Positions 17,519 through 25,558 of a stretch of DNA of 64,000 nt are shown piece by piece (position 1 is the stretch's first letter; each line of letters starts with the position of its first letter). Origin of the DNA: Myxococcota bacterium (GTDB lineage Bacteria; Myxococcota_A; UBA796; UBA2385); the NCBI GenBank assembly GCA_044344255.1, contig JBIJDH010000007.1, positions 128,001 through 192,000 on the forward strand. The letters are read 5' to 3'. The notes under the pieces were generated by a model that was given only the letters and a program-made list of their open reading frames with translations, did not search any database and was not told where the DNA came from. The translations under genes were made by a program, and so were the position numbers.

Positions 17519-17950
17519 TCAACCCTCGGCTTGGAGCAAGGCGTCCAGCGCCGCGAGCAGCGAGGCACGATCGATGCCGTAGGCGGCGCAGGCCTCCTCG
17601 AGGGTCTCGTCGAAGCGCACGGAGCAGCCGTCGCAGGCGGGCAGGTGGTGGCGGGCGAAGACCCCGCGCACCCCCGGGTGGCGCCGCCAGACCTGGTCGA
17701 GGGTCATGTCGAGCGAGAAGCTCCGGCGGCTGTAGAGGCGGAGGTCAGCCCGGAGGCGGTCGGCGGCGCGGTCGAGGGCGGCGGCGCGGGCGGAGAGCTG
17801 GTCCCGATCGTCCGCGAGCGCCTGGAGCGCGGCACGGTGGACTTCGAGCGCCCCGCGGTGAGGGGAGAGCGCGGCTCGCACCTGGGTGGTGAGCCAGGCG
17901 CGCGCCCGAGCTCGGAGTGGACCGCGGCGGTGGGGGAGGGGATCGATCAT
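17519..17950 (-). CDS. Coiled coil plus DUF1858-like (CxxC) domain protein
   Basis: DMTLDQVWRRHP..VF..HLPACDGC....ETLEEACAAYGID. Confidence 0.7.
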   Translation of the reverse strand: MIDPLPHRRGPLRARARAWLTTQVRAALSPHRGALEVHRAALQALADDRDQLSARAAALDRAADRLRADLRLYSRRSFSLDMTLDQVWRRHPGVRGVFARHHLPACDGCSVRFDETLEEACAAYGIDRASLLAALDALLQAEG

Positions 17951-18109
17951 GCAGCTTTCATGGCTAGCCCGCAGGAGGCCCATTGACACCCCCGCCGGAA
18001 CACGATTAGAAGGCGGCGGTCAGGTTGGGGCGACCCTTCCATTGGAGCACGTGGAGCCATGAAGTCGTTCATGCTCTGTGAGCTCGAGCTCTTTGAGTAA
18101 TACAACAGG

Positions 18110-18601
18110 ATGGTACTTCGACCGGAGGAAGTCTCCGATCCAGTCCACGCGCGCTTCATGGCTGAAGCCCTCGCCCTCGCGGCAGAGGCAGCCAACCTCG
18201 GGGAGGTCCCCGTTGGAGCGGTGGTCGTTCAGGCGGATCGGATCATCGCCCGTGGGCACAATCGCCGCGAGCTCGACCAGGATCCTACGGCTCACGCCGA
18301 GCTGCTCGCGATGCGGGCCGCCAGCAAAGAGCTCGGGAGCTGGCGACTCGACGACTGCACCGTTTATGTCACGCTGGAGCCCTGCGCCATGTGCGCCGGA
18401 GCGATGGTGTTGGCGCGGATCCCGCGCTGCGTCTATGGCGCCGCGGACCCCAAGGGCGGCTTCCTTGGCACCCTCGCAGACCTCTCTGCGCACCCCTCCC
18501 TGAACCACCGCTTCGCGGTCGTGCCAGGTGTAGGAGCCGAGAGCGCTGCCTCGCTGCTGCGCGACTTTTTTCGTGCCCTCCGATCGAAGCGCTCGTCCTG
18601 A
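18110..18601 (+). CDS. tadA: tRNA adenosine(34) deaminase
   Basis: GEVPVGAV, DPTAHAE, YVTLEPCAMCAGA, DPKGG. Confidence 0.95.
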   Translation: MVLRPEEVSDPVHARFMAEALALAAEAANLGEVPVGAVVVQADRIIARGHNRRELDQDPTAHAELLAMRAASKELGSWRLDDCTVYVTLEPCAMCAGAMVLARIPRCVYGAADPKGGFLGTLADLSAHPSLNHRFAVVPGVGAESAASLLRDFFRALRSKRSS

Positions 18602-18614
18602 CGCGCAGGAAACT

Positions 18615-18701
18615 GGAGAGGTGGCCGAGTGGTCGAAGGCGGTAGATTCGAAATCTACTGTGGGCGCAAGTTCACCGCGGGTTCGAATCCCGCCTTCTCC
18701 G
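18615..18701 (+). tRNA. tRNA-Ser(CGA)
   Basis: GGAGAGG acceptor; anticodon arm GTAGA-TT-CGA-AA-TCTAC; long variable arm; GGTTCGAATCC. CCA not encoded. Confidence 0.95.
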
Positions 18702-18721
18702 CCTTCCTGCGCGGGTGAATT

Positions 18722-18814
18722 GGAGAGATGACCGAGTGGTCGAAGGTGCAGCACTGGAAATGCTGTGTAGGGTCAAAAGCCTTACCGAGGGTTCGAATCC
18801 CTCTCTCTCCGCCA
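18722..18814 (+). tRNA. tRNA-Ser(GGA)
   Basis: Anticodon arm CAGCA-CT-GGA-AA-TGCTG; long variable arm; T-loop GGTTCGAATCC; ends GCCA. Confidence 0.95.
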
Positions 18815-18835
18815 TCTTTGGCTGTTTGTGCGAAT

Positions 18836-18960
18836 GGGTGTCTGTCTTGATGGTCGGGTCCTGGTGACCGGGGGTCTGCGAACCCCGCCAGGTCCGGAAG
18901 GAAGCAACGGTAGCGGTCCCCCCGGGGCATCGGGGTGCCCGGCCATCAAGACAGCCTCCC
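18836..18960 (+). ncRNA. ffs: SRP RNA (4.5S)
   Basis: Core GAACCCCGCCAGGTCCGGAAGGAAGCAACGGTAGC within a long hairpin (CTGTCTTGATGG...CCATCAAGACAG), in the usual position upstream of dnaX. Confidence 0.92.
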
Positions 18961-19000
18961 AGGCGCCCAGCGCCTCCCCCCCAGCCCGGGTCCCCTGACC

Positions 19001-20983
19001 ATGAGCTACGTGGCCATCGCCCGAAAGTGGCGGCCCACCCGGTTCGAGGACATCGCCGGGCAGACTCACGTGACGCGCACCCTGCGCAACGCGATCTCGC
19101 TCGGTCGTATCCACCATGCCTTCCTCTTCACAGGGGCGCGCGGGGTTGGAAAGACGACCGCGGCGCGGGTGATGGCGCGGGCGCTCAACTGCGAGCAGGG
19201 CCCCACCGCCGACCCCTGCGGGGAGTGCGCGTCTTGCCGGGAGATCCTGGCCGGCGCGAGCCCCGACGTGATCGAGATCGACGGCGCGAGCAACAATTCC
19301 GTTGAGGACATTCGAGACCTCCGCGAGACCGTGCGGTACCTCCCGCAGCGTGGGCGCAGCAAGGTCTACATCGTGGACGAGGTGCACATGCTGTCGAAGG
19401 GGGCGTTCAACGCCCTCTTGAAGACGCTTGAAGAGCCCCCGCCGCACGTGGTCTTCATCTTCGCGACCACGGAGCCGCAGAAGATCCCGGACACCATCCT
19501 CTCCCGCGTCCAGCGCTTCGACTTCAAGCGCATCCCGCTCACGGTGGTGGTGGACTGCCTCCGCGCCATCTGCGACAAGGAGAGCATCCGCGTGGATGAC
19601 GGCGGGCTGCGGATGATCGCGCGGGCGGGCGAGGGCTCGATGCGCGACGCGCAGACCCTGCTCGACCGCGTGCTCAGCATGGGGGACGGCGAGATCAAGG
19701 CCGAGCAGGTGGCCGAGGTGCTCGGCCTCGTCGATCGGCGGCTCCTCTACGAGATGCTCCAGGGCATGCTCCAAGGGGAGCCCGACCGCTGCCTGGAGAC
19801 GATCGAGGCGGTCTACGGCTACGGCTACGACCTCTCCGAGTTCACCGCCGAGCTGCTCGAGCTGCTGCGCAACGCGACGCTGGTGGGCCTCTCGCCGGGC
19901 TCGAAGCGGTACCTCGACGTGCCCGACGAAGAGCGAGAGCGCCTCGAGGGCCTCGCCAAGGGCGTGTCTCCCGACGTCTTCGTGCGCTCCTTCCAGGTGA
20001 TGATCGAGGTGCACGAGCAGGTGGCCCGTGCGCCGCGCCCGAGGATGGTGCTCGAGATGGCGGTGGCCCGCCTGACCGCCGTCCGCCCCTCCCGGCCCCT
20101 CGATCAGATCGTAGACCGCCTCGGCGACATGGAGCGGCGGCTTCGACACGGCGGCGTCGTGGCCCGCCCTCGCGGGCAGGCCGGCGGCGGCCAGCCAAGG
20201 GCCGGCGGAGCCGGCGGCGGCGGCGATGAAGACGGGGAGCCTCACCCTCGCCCCGCACCGGCCGCCGCGCCGCGCGGGCCCGCGCCGACGCCGCGCGGGC
20301 CTGTGCCGACGCCGCCCCCACGCCCGCCCGCCCAGGGGGCCTCGCCGATGCGCTTGGAGCCGGGGCGCCGCCCCGCGCCTCCGCCGATCGACGACCGCTT
20401 TGACGCCCCGCCGCCCGAGGCCGGCCCGGGCTTCGACGTGGATGAACCGCCCGCGGTCGACGTCCTCGCCGAGGTGCCTCCGCCGCCGGAGGAGTACGCT
20501 GAAGAGGAGCAGGCCTCGGTCGAGCTGGTGCTCCCGCTCGTGCCCCGCGACGCCGACGGCCCCACCCGCTTTCGCCTCTTTCAGGAGTGGCTCGAGAAGG
20601 GCGGCCAGCGCTACCTCCTCTGGGCGCGGGACGGTGTTTTCGTCGCCGAGGCGCCCCCGCAGCTCCAGATCTGGTTCGCCACGCCCTTCAGCAAGACCAA
20701 CGCCGAGCACTACCGCGATGACCCTCGCGTGCGCGCCGGCCTCACCGCCTTCTTCCCGAGCTGTCCGGGCCTCCAGCTCGGCCTGCGGCCCCCGGGCTCG
20801 AAGGTGGAGAGCCGGAAGGAGCGCCTGGATCGGGAGCGGTCGGAACGGATCGAGGGCCTGCGCGCCGAGGTAGAGGGCGCCCCGATCATCATCCGACTGC
20901 GCCAGATCCTCGGCGCCGAGATCACGGCGATCTGTCCGGCGGACGAGACGCCGAAGGCCCTGAAAGAATTGGGGGGTAATTGA
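19001..20983 (+). CDS. dnaX: DNA polymerase III subunit gamma/tau
   Basis: MSYVAIARKWRP, GARGVGKTT, Zn-binding Cys, IVDEVHMLS, TILSRVQRF; Pro-rich linker. Confidence 0.96.
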   Translation: MSYVAIARKWRPTRFEDIAGQTHVTRTLRNAISLGRIHHAFLFTGARGVGKTTAARVMARALNCEQGPTADPCGECASCREILAGASPDVIEIDGASNNSVEDIRDLRETVRYLPQRGRSKVYIVDEVHMLSKGAFNALLKTLEEPPPHVVFIFATTEPQKIPDTILSRVQRFDFKRIPLTVVVDCLRAICDKESIRVDDGGLRMIARAGEGSMRDAQTLLDRVLSMGDGEIKAEQVAEVLGLVDRRLLYEMLQGMLQGEPDRCLETIEAVYGYGYDLSEFTAELLELLRNATLVGLSPGSKRYLDVPDEERERLEGLAKGVSPDVFVRSFQVMIEVHEQVARAPRPRMVLEMAVARLTAVRPSRPLDQIVDRLGDMERRLRHGGVVARPRGQAGGGQPRAGGAGGGGDEDGEPHPRPAPAAAPRGPAPTPRGPVPTPPPRPPAQGASPMRLEPGRRPAPPPIDDRFDAPPPEAGPGFDVDEPPAVDVLAEVPPPPEEYAEEEQASVELVLPLVPRDADGPTRFRLFQEWLEKGGQRYLLWARDGVFVAEAPPQLQIWFATPFSKTNAEHYRDDPRVRAGLTAFFPSCPGLQLGLRPPGSKVESRKERLDRERSERIEGLRAEVEGAPIIIRLRQILGAEITAICPADETPKALKELGGN

Positions 20984-21576
20984 GCGTCAGGGACCCTTTT
21001 CGTCAGTGTGTGGCCCAGCTCGCCCGCTTCCCCGGGATCGGCGAGCGCACGGCCACGCGCCTCGCCTATTGGCTGCTCCGCCAGCCCCCCGAGACCGCCG
21101 CCGACATCGGCGAGGCCCTGATCGGGTTTCGGGCCTCGATGAAGCGCTGCAGCCGCTGCTGTGACCTCTCCGCCTCCGATCCCTGCTCCCGCTGCGTCGA
21201 TCCGCGCCGCGAGCAGGGGGTCATCTGCGTGGTCGAGCGCCCCCAGGACATCGGCGCCATCGAGGCCTCCGGCGAGTACCGCGGCCGCTACCACGTGCTC
21301 GACGGCGCCATCTCCCCCCTCGACGGCGTGGGGCCCGAGCAGCTCCGCATCCCGGAGCTCCTCTCCCGCATCGAGGCCGGCGGCGTGGATGAGCTCCTCG
21401 TAGCCACCGATCCCGACGTGGAGGGCGACACCACCGCGCTCTACCTCGCCCGGCTCTGCAAGCCCCTCGGCCTCCGGGTGACCCGGCTCGCGCATGGCAT
21501 CGCGGTGGGCACCGAGCTCGAGTATGCCGACCGTTCGAGCGTCGCCCGGGCCATCGAGAACCGCCGAGAGATGTAG
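20980..21576 (+). CDS. recR: Recombination mediator RecR
   Basis: PGIGERTATRLA HhH, C4 zinc finger, YHVLDGAISPLDG, Toprim ATDPDVEG. Confidence 0.96.
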   Translation: MSVRDPFRQCVAQLARFPGIGERTATRLAYWLLRQPPETAADIGEALIGFRASMKRCSRCCDLSASDPCSRCVDPRREQGVICVVERPQDIGAIEASGEYRGRYHVLDGAISPLDGVGPEQLRIPELLSRIEAGGVDELLVATDPDVEGDTTALYLARLCKPLGLRVTRLAHGIAVGTELEYADRSSVARAIENRREM

Positions 21577-21626
21577 CTCGGCTCCGGTCTGGCTATGATG
21601 TCTGCCTCCCCCGTCGTGGAGCTCCC

Positions 21627-22214
21627 ATGCGCCTGCCTGCCCTGTGGCTTGCCCTCGCCGTCGGCTGTGTCCCCCGCCTCGTGAGCCCGGGCGACGACAC
21701 GGCGAGCGCATATGTCCCGCCGCAAAACCAGTGGGCGAGCACCACCGACGTGCCCGACAACCTGCGCGGGCAGGGCTTCTCCCAAGGGCAGGTGATCCCC
21801 GACTTCCAGCTGCTGGACCAGCACGGCGACACCGTCAGCGCCTGGCAGTTCTACGGGAGCGTGCTCGCCATCGACGTCAGCACCCTGTGGTGCGCGCCCT
21901 GCCAGAAGCTGGCCGACGAGGTGCACGTCGTGCAGGCCGACTACGAGAGCGAGGGCTTCATCTACATCACGCTCCTCTCGCAAGACATGAGCGGCGACGT
22001 GCCAGACGTCGCCGAGCTCAACACCTGGGTGGACGACCACGGCATCTCCAACGCCCCCGTGCTCTCCGATGGCGGTGGGTTCAGCGCGCAGATCACGCCG
22101 GGCGGCGTCTTCCCGCAGGTGGTCATCGTCGGTCGGGACATGGCGGTGACGAACCCCGGCGTGAACCCCGCCGAGGACCGCACCATCCGCGCCGCGATCG
22201 AGGCCGCGCTCTGA
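21627..22214 (+). CDS. TlpA/redoxin-like lipoprotein
   Basis: Lipobox LAVGC; PDFQLLDQHG; WCAPC. Confidence 0.85.
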   Translation: MRLPALWLALAVGCVPRLVSPGDDTASAYVPPQNQWASTTDVPDNLRGQGFSQGQVIPDFQLLDQHGDTVSAWQFYGSVLAIDVSTLWCAPCQKLADEVHVVQADYESEGFIYITLLSQDMSGDVPDVAELNTWVDDHGISNAPVLSDGGGFSAQITPGGVFPQVVIVGRDMAVTNPGVNPAEDRTIRAAIEAAL

Positions 22215-22236
22215 GCCGCCGCAGCGGCGGCCCGCC

Positions 22237-22860
22237 CTACTTTGCGGCGTAGGCCTCGACCCGAGGGTCGGCCAGGTAGGCCGCGGTCAGGGCGAGGACG
22301 CGGGGGTAGGGCTCGAGCAGGGCCTCCGTCCAGCCGTCGAGGCGGCCGCTCCGGATCTGCTGCACCTGCAGGGCGATCACGATGTCGGCGATCGACAGGG
22401 CGGCGCCGGTCACGTAGGGCCCGCCCGAGGCCTCGAGGAGGCCCTCGATGTAGCGGAGCACGCGCGTGAGGGGGCCGGCGGCGATCTCGGCGCGCATCGC
22501 CAGCTTCTTCTCGGGGTCTCGCTCGAAGAGGCTGGGCGTGAGCGCGTGGGAGAGCGTGTCGTTCAGGCAGTCGAGCGCGCTGTCGACGACGAGGGCGGCG
22601 TGGGGGTCGGCCGGGTAGAGCGAGGAGTCGCCCACGCGGGCGGCGTAGCGCAGCATGGCCGCGGTCTGGACGACTCGCTGACCGTCGACATCGAGGACCG
22701 GCACGGCGTTGAGGGGGTAGTCGCCCCGGGCGCGGGCCTCGCTGTACTCGGGGAACTTGAGGCGATGATCCTCGTAGGCGACGCCTCCCATGTGGAAGGC
22801 GATCCGCACGGGCTCGGCGCGGCCGGGGGCGTCAAAGTAGGTGAGCTTCAGGGTCGTCAT
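22237..22860 (-). CDS. Glutathione S-transferase (Tyr-type, sigma-like)
   Basis: MTTLKLTYFDAPGRAEPVR, VPVLDVDG..QT, LSIAD. Confidence 0.92.
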   Translation of the reverse strand: MTTLKLTYFDAPGRAEPVRIAFHMGGVAYEDHRLKFPEYSEARARGDYPLNAVPVLDVDGQRVVQTAAMLRYAARVGDSSLYPADPHAALVVDSALDCLNDTLSHALTPSLFERDPEKKLAMRAEIAAGPLTRVLRYIEGLLEASGGPYVTGAALSIADIVIALQVQQIRSGRLDGWTEALLEPYPRVLALTAAYLADPRVEAYAAK

Positions 22861-22931
22861 CGGGGCACTCTCCAAGGGGGCGGCTGGACTAACGCACCGG
22901 CGCCGCGGCGCAGGCCGTCGGCCCGGGCGGC

Positions 22932-23846
22932 TTAGTCGCCCCAGCCCCGCCACATGGCCGGCAGGTGCTGGAGGGCCGCCCAAATTCGCCGGGTGAGGCG
23001 CGCGGGGAGCGCGGGGGTGCCGAGGTAGGTCGCGCGGCCGGGGAGGGCGCCGCTGACGCCGGACTGGCCGCCCACCACCGCTCGCTCGCCCACCGTCGCG
23101 TGGTCGGCGACGCCCACCTGTCCGGCGAGGATCACGCCGTCGCCGAGCTCGACGCTGCCGGAGAGGCCCGCCTGAGCGGCGATGATCACCGCGCGGCCGA
23201 GGCGGCTGTTGTGGCCGATCTGCACGAGGTTGTCGAGCTTGCAGTCGTCGCCGATCACGGTCTCGTCGAGGGAGGCGCGGTCAATCGTCGTGTTGGCCCC
23301 CACCTCCACCCGGGCGCCGAGGCGGACCCGCCCCACCTGAGGCACCTTCACCGGGCCGTCGGCGGTGGGGTGGTAGGCGAAGCCGTCGGCGCCCAGCACG
23401 GCGCCCGCGTGGATGCGGCAGTCGGGGCCGAGCACGGTGTCGGGGTACAGCACGACGTTCGGGAAGAGGACCGTGCGCTCTCCGATCTCGCAGCGCTCCA
23501 TCACCACGCAGCCCGCTTCGACGCGCACATCCGCCCCGAGCCGGGCGGTGGGGTGCACGGTGGCCCGAGGGTGGACGCCCGCCTCCGGCGCCGGGGAGCG
23601 CTCCCGGAGCAGGGTGATGAAGGCGAGCTTGGGATCGGGCACGACGACGCAGGTGCGGTCGGGCAGCGCCTCGCGGATGAGCAGCACCCCCGCAGCGCTG
23701 CCCCGGACGAGGCCGCGCTCGGCGAAGGCCACCTCGGTCTCCCCCGCTCGCTCGAGAGAGGCGAGGCCGGTGATCGCCCGGTCCGGGCCCTCCAGCCGAC
23801 CGCCGAGCTGCCGGGCGAGCTGCGCGGCGGTCTCGGGGAGCCCCAC
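22932..23846 (-). CDS. lpxD: UDP-3-O-acylglucosamine N-acyltransferase
   Basis: Hexapeptide repeats; GADGFAY, EVGANTTIDR, KLDNLVQIGHN. Confidence 0.93.
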   Translation of the reverse strand: MGLPETAAQLARQLGGRLEGPDRAITGLASLERAGETEVAFAERGLVRGSAAGVLLIREALPDRTCVVVPDPKLAFITLLRERSPAPEAGVHPRATVHPTARLGADVRVEAGCVVMERCEIGERTVLFPNVVLYPDTVLGPDCRIHAGAVLGADGFAYHPTADGPVKVPQVGRVRLGARVEVGANTTIDRASLDETVIGDDCKLDNLVQIGHNSRLGRAVIIAAQAGLSGSVELGDGVILAGQVGVADHATVGERAVVGGQSGVSGALPGRATYLGTPALPARLTRRIWAALQHLPAMWRGWGD

Positions 23847-23852
23847 CGTGGC

Positions 23853-24935
23853 CTACATGCCCTCGGTGATGTTGAACTCGACGCGGCGGTTCACCGCACG
23901 ACCGGTGGGCGTGTTGTTCGTGTCGAGGGGCTTGGTCTCGCCGAAGCCCTCCGAGGTGAGGCGACCTGGATCGATGCCCTTGCCCACGAGGTAGGTGCGG
24001 ACGGAGTCGGCGCGGCCGGCGGACAGCTTGAGGTTGTAGGGGTCCGAACCCTGGCTGTCGGTGTGCCCCTCGACCCGGACCTTGACGTTCGGGTAGTCCT
24101 TCATCACCTGCGCGACCGAGTTCAGGATGTCGTAAGACTGCGGCAGGATGCGCGTCTTGGCAGTCTCGAACTGGATCTTTTCGCCGATCTCGATCTTCTG
24201 CTTCGTGATCTTGACGTTCTGCGGAGGGACGTCGGGGCAACCGTCCTCGTCGAGGTACTGGTTGTAGTTCTCGGGCTCGTCGATGCACTTGTCCACGTCG
24301 TCGCGGATGCGGTCTCCGTCGCGATCGACGTTGCCCTCGGGGCATCCGTCGTCGTCCTGGTAGCCGTTCTTGTCCTCGGCTTCGTTCGGACACTTGTCCT
24401 TGGCGTCGAGGATGCCGTCGTTGTCGTTGTCGAGGTCAGGGCAGCCGTCGGCGTCCATGTACCCGTCGACGTCCTCCGGCTGGTCCTTGCAGGCGTCGCG
24501 GTCGTCCTTGATGCCGTCGTGATCCATGTCGTGCTCGGGACAGCCGTCGTCGTCCTCGAAGCCGTTCTTGTCTTCGGGCTCGGTGGGGCACTTGTCGACG
24601 TCGTCCATGACGCCGTCGCTGTCCTTGTCGTGCGGGCGGCAGACCTCGGCCTTCTGGAGCGCGATGGCGATGTTGGTGCGGGCGATTTCGAGGTGCTGCT
24701 CGGCCCGGCGCTCGTCGCCTTGCTGGAATTCGATCTCGGCGAAGGCCTGGTGCGAGCGCGCCAGGGCGAGCTCACGGGGCGCGCACTTCTCGGCCCACTC
24801 GTCGGCGTCCGACTGCTTCAAGCCGGTGAGGACCTCTTCGTGGTACTCGCGCAGCGGGCCGGCCTTCTTGCAGGAGGGGAGCAGCGCGGCGGCGATCAGG
24901 GGGAAGGCGACGAGCCAGCGGGGGGCGCTCATCAT
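23853..24935 (-). CDS. OmpA-family lipoprotein with DUF4398-like helix pair and TSP type-3 repeats
   Basis: Lipobox LPSC; repeated DxDGDGxxDxxDxCP..EDxxGxxDxDGCP; EGHTDSQG..NLKLS..RA, NRRVEF. Confidence 0.92.
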   Translation of the reverse strand: MMSAPRWLVAFPLIAAALLPSCKKAGPLREYHEEVLTGLKQSDADEWAEKCAPRELALARSHQAFAEIEFQQGDERRAEQHLEIARTNIAIALQKAEVCRPHDKDSDGVMDDVDKCPTEPEDKNGFEDDDGCPEHDMDHDGIKDDRDACKDQPEDVDGYMDADGCPDLDNDNDGILDAKDKCPNEAEDKNGYQDDDGCPEGNVDRDGDRIRDDVDKCIDEPENYNQYLDEDGCPDVPPQNVKITKQKIEIGEKIQFETAKTRILPQSYDILNSVAQVMKDYPNVKVRVEGHTDSQGSDPYNLKLSAGRADSVRTYLVGKGIDPGRLTSEGFGETKPLDTNNTPTGRAVNRRVEFNITEGM

Positions 24936-25351
24936 TCATCTCCCCAGATGGGGCCGGAGCTGGTGGGCTTGGTAGGGTCAGCCGGCTTGGCGGGGTCAGC
25001 CGGCTTGGCGGGCACGGGCGCCTGGTCTTGCAGCGCGTCACCGCCGGGGGTGACGTCGCGAATTCGGCTGTTGTTCGTGGACGTCGCTTGCGCCCGGGCC
25101 GCCCACTCGGCCGACTTGCGGCTCAAGTCCTCGGCGACCCCGAAGTCTGAGTAGCCCCACTCCTCGCGCGCCTTGCGCTGGAATTCGTCCGCCATCGTCC
25201 AGTAGTAGACGGCGAGCTCGGGGGACCCAGCCTCTTCGGCGGCGAGGAGCGATTGCTCTCCGCGGGTGAGGTAGACCGTGCTCTTGATCGCCATGCAGCC
25301 CGACGTCAGGGGCAACAGGGCAGGGAGCAGCAGGAGGAGGAACTTCGGCAT
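24932..25351 (-). CDS. DUF4398-like lipoprotein
   Basis: MPKFLLLLLPALLPLTSGC; AVYYWTMADEFQRKAREE; ATGA-coupled to the OmpA gene. Confidence 0.75.
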   Translation of the reverse strand: MPKFLLLLLPALLPLTSGCMAIKSTVYLTRGEQSLLAAEEAGSPELAVYYWTMADEFQRKAREEWGYSDFGVAEDLSRKSAEWAARAQATSTNNSRIRDVTPGGDALQDQAPVPAKPADPAKPADPTKPTSSGPIWGDE

Positions 25352-25558
25352 GCGGCCTTCCACAGGTCGGGCCCTCCTACCTGACCGGCGGGCAGGAGGC
25401 CACGGGTTCGTATGAACGCACGGTCGGCGGGGGAATGTCAAGCAGCGTGTGGGCGCGCGGACTCTCAGGGAATTCGGACCGTCATGGATTTCGGGCGGAA
25501 GGGCGCTCCGCGAGAACTTCACAAGCCAGCGGCACCCTTGGATCCGGCGCCCCACCGA

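Noticed and set aside
18059..18100. 13-codon ORF MKSFMLCELELFE upstream of tadA
   Set aside because: SD spacing is too short and no attenuator structure is evident.
18615..18814. tRNAs as a prophage or island attachment site
   Set aside because: No integrase and no duplicated tRNA 3' end were seen in the window; the context is housekeeping.
18020..18930. Minus ORFs containing GGIRTRG / ERGIRTL
   Set aside because: Translations of the tRNA and SRP antisense strands.
23853..24935. Possible TraB of the TraAB outer-membrane exchange system
   Set aside because: No N-terminal beta-barrel and no traA neighbour; the DUF4398-OmpA pairing explains it.
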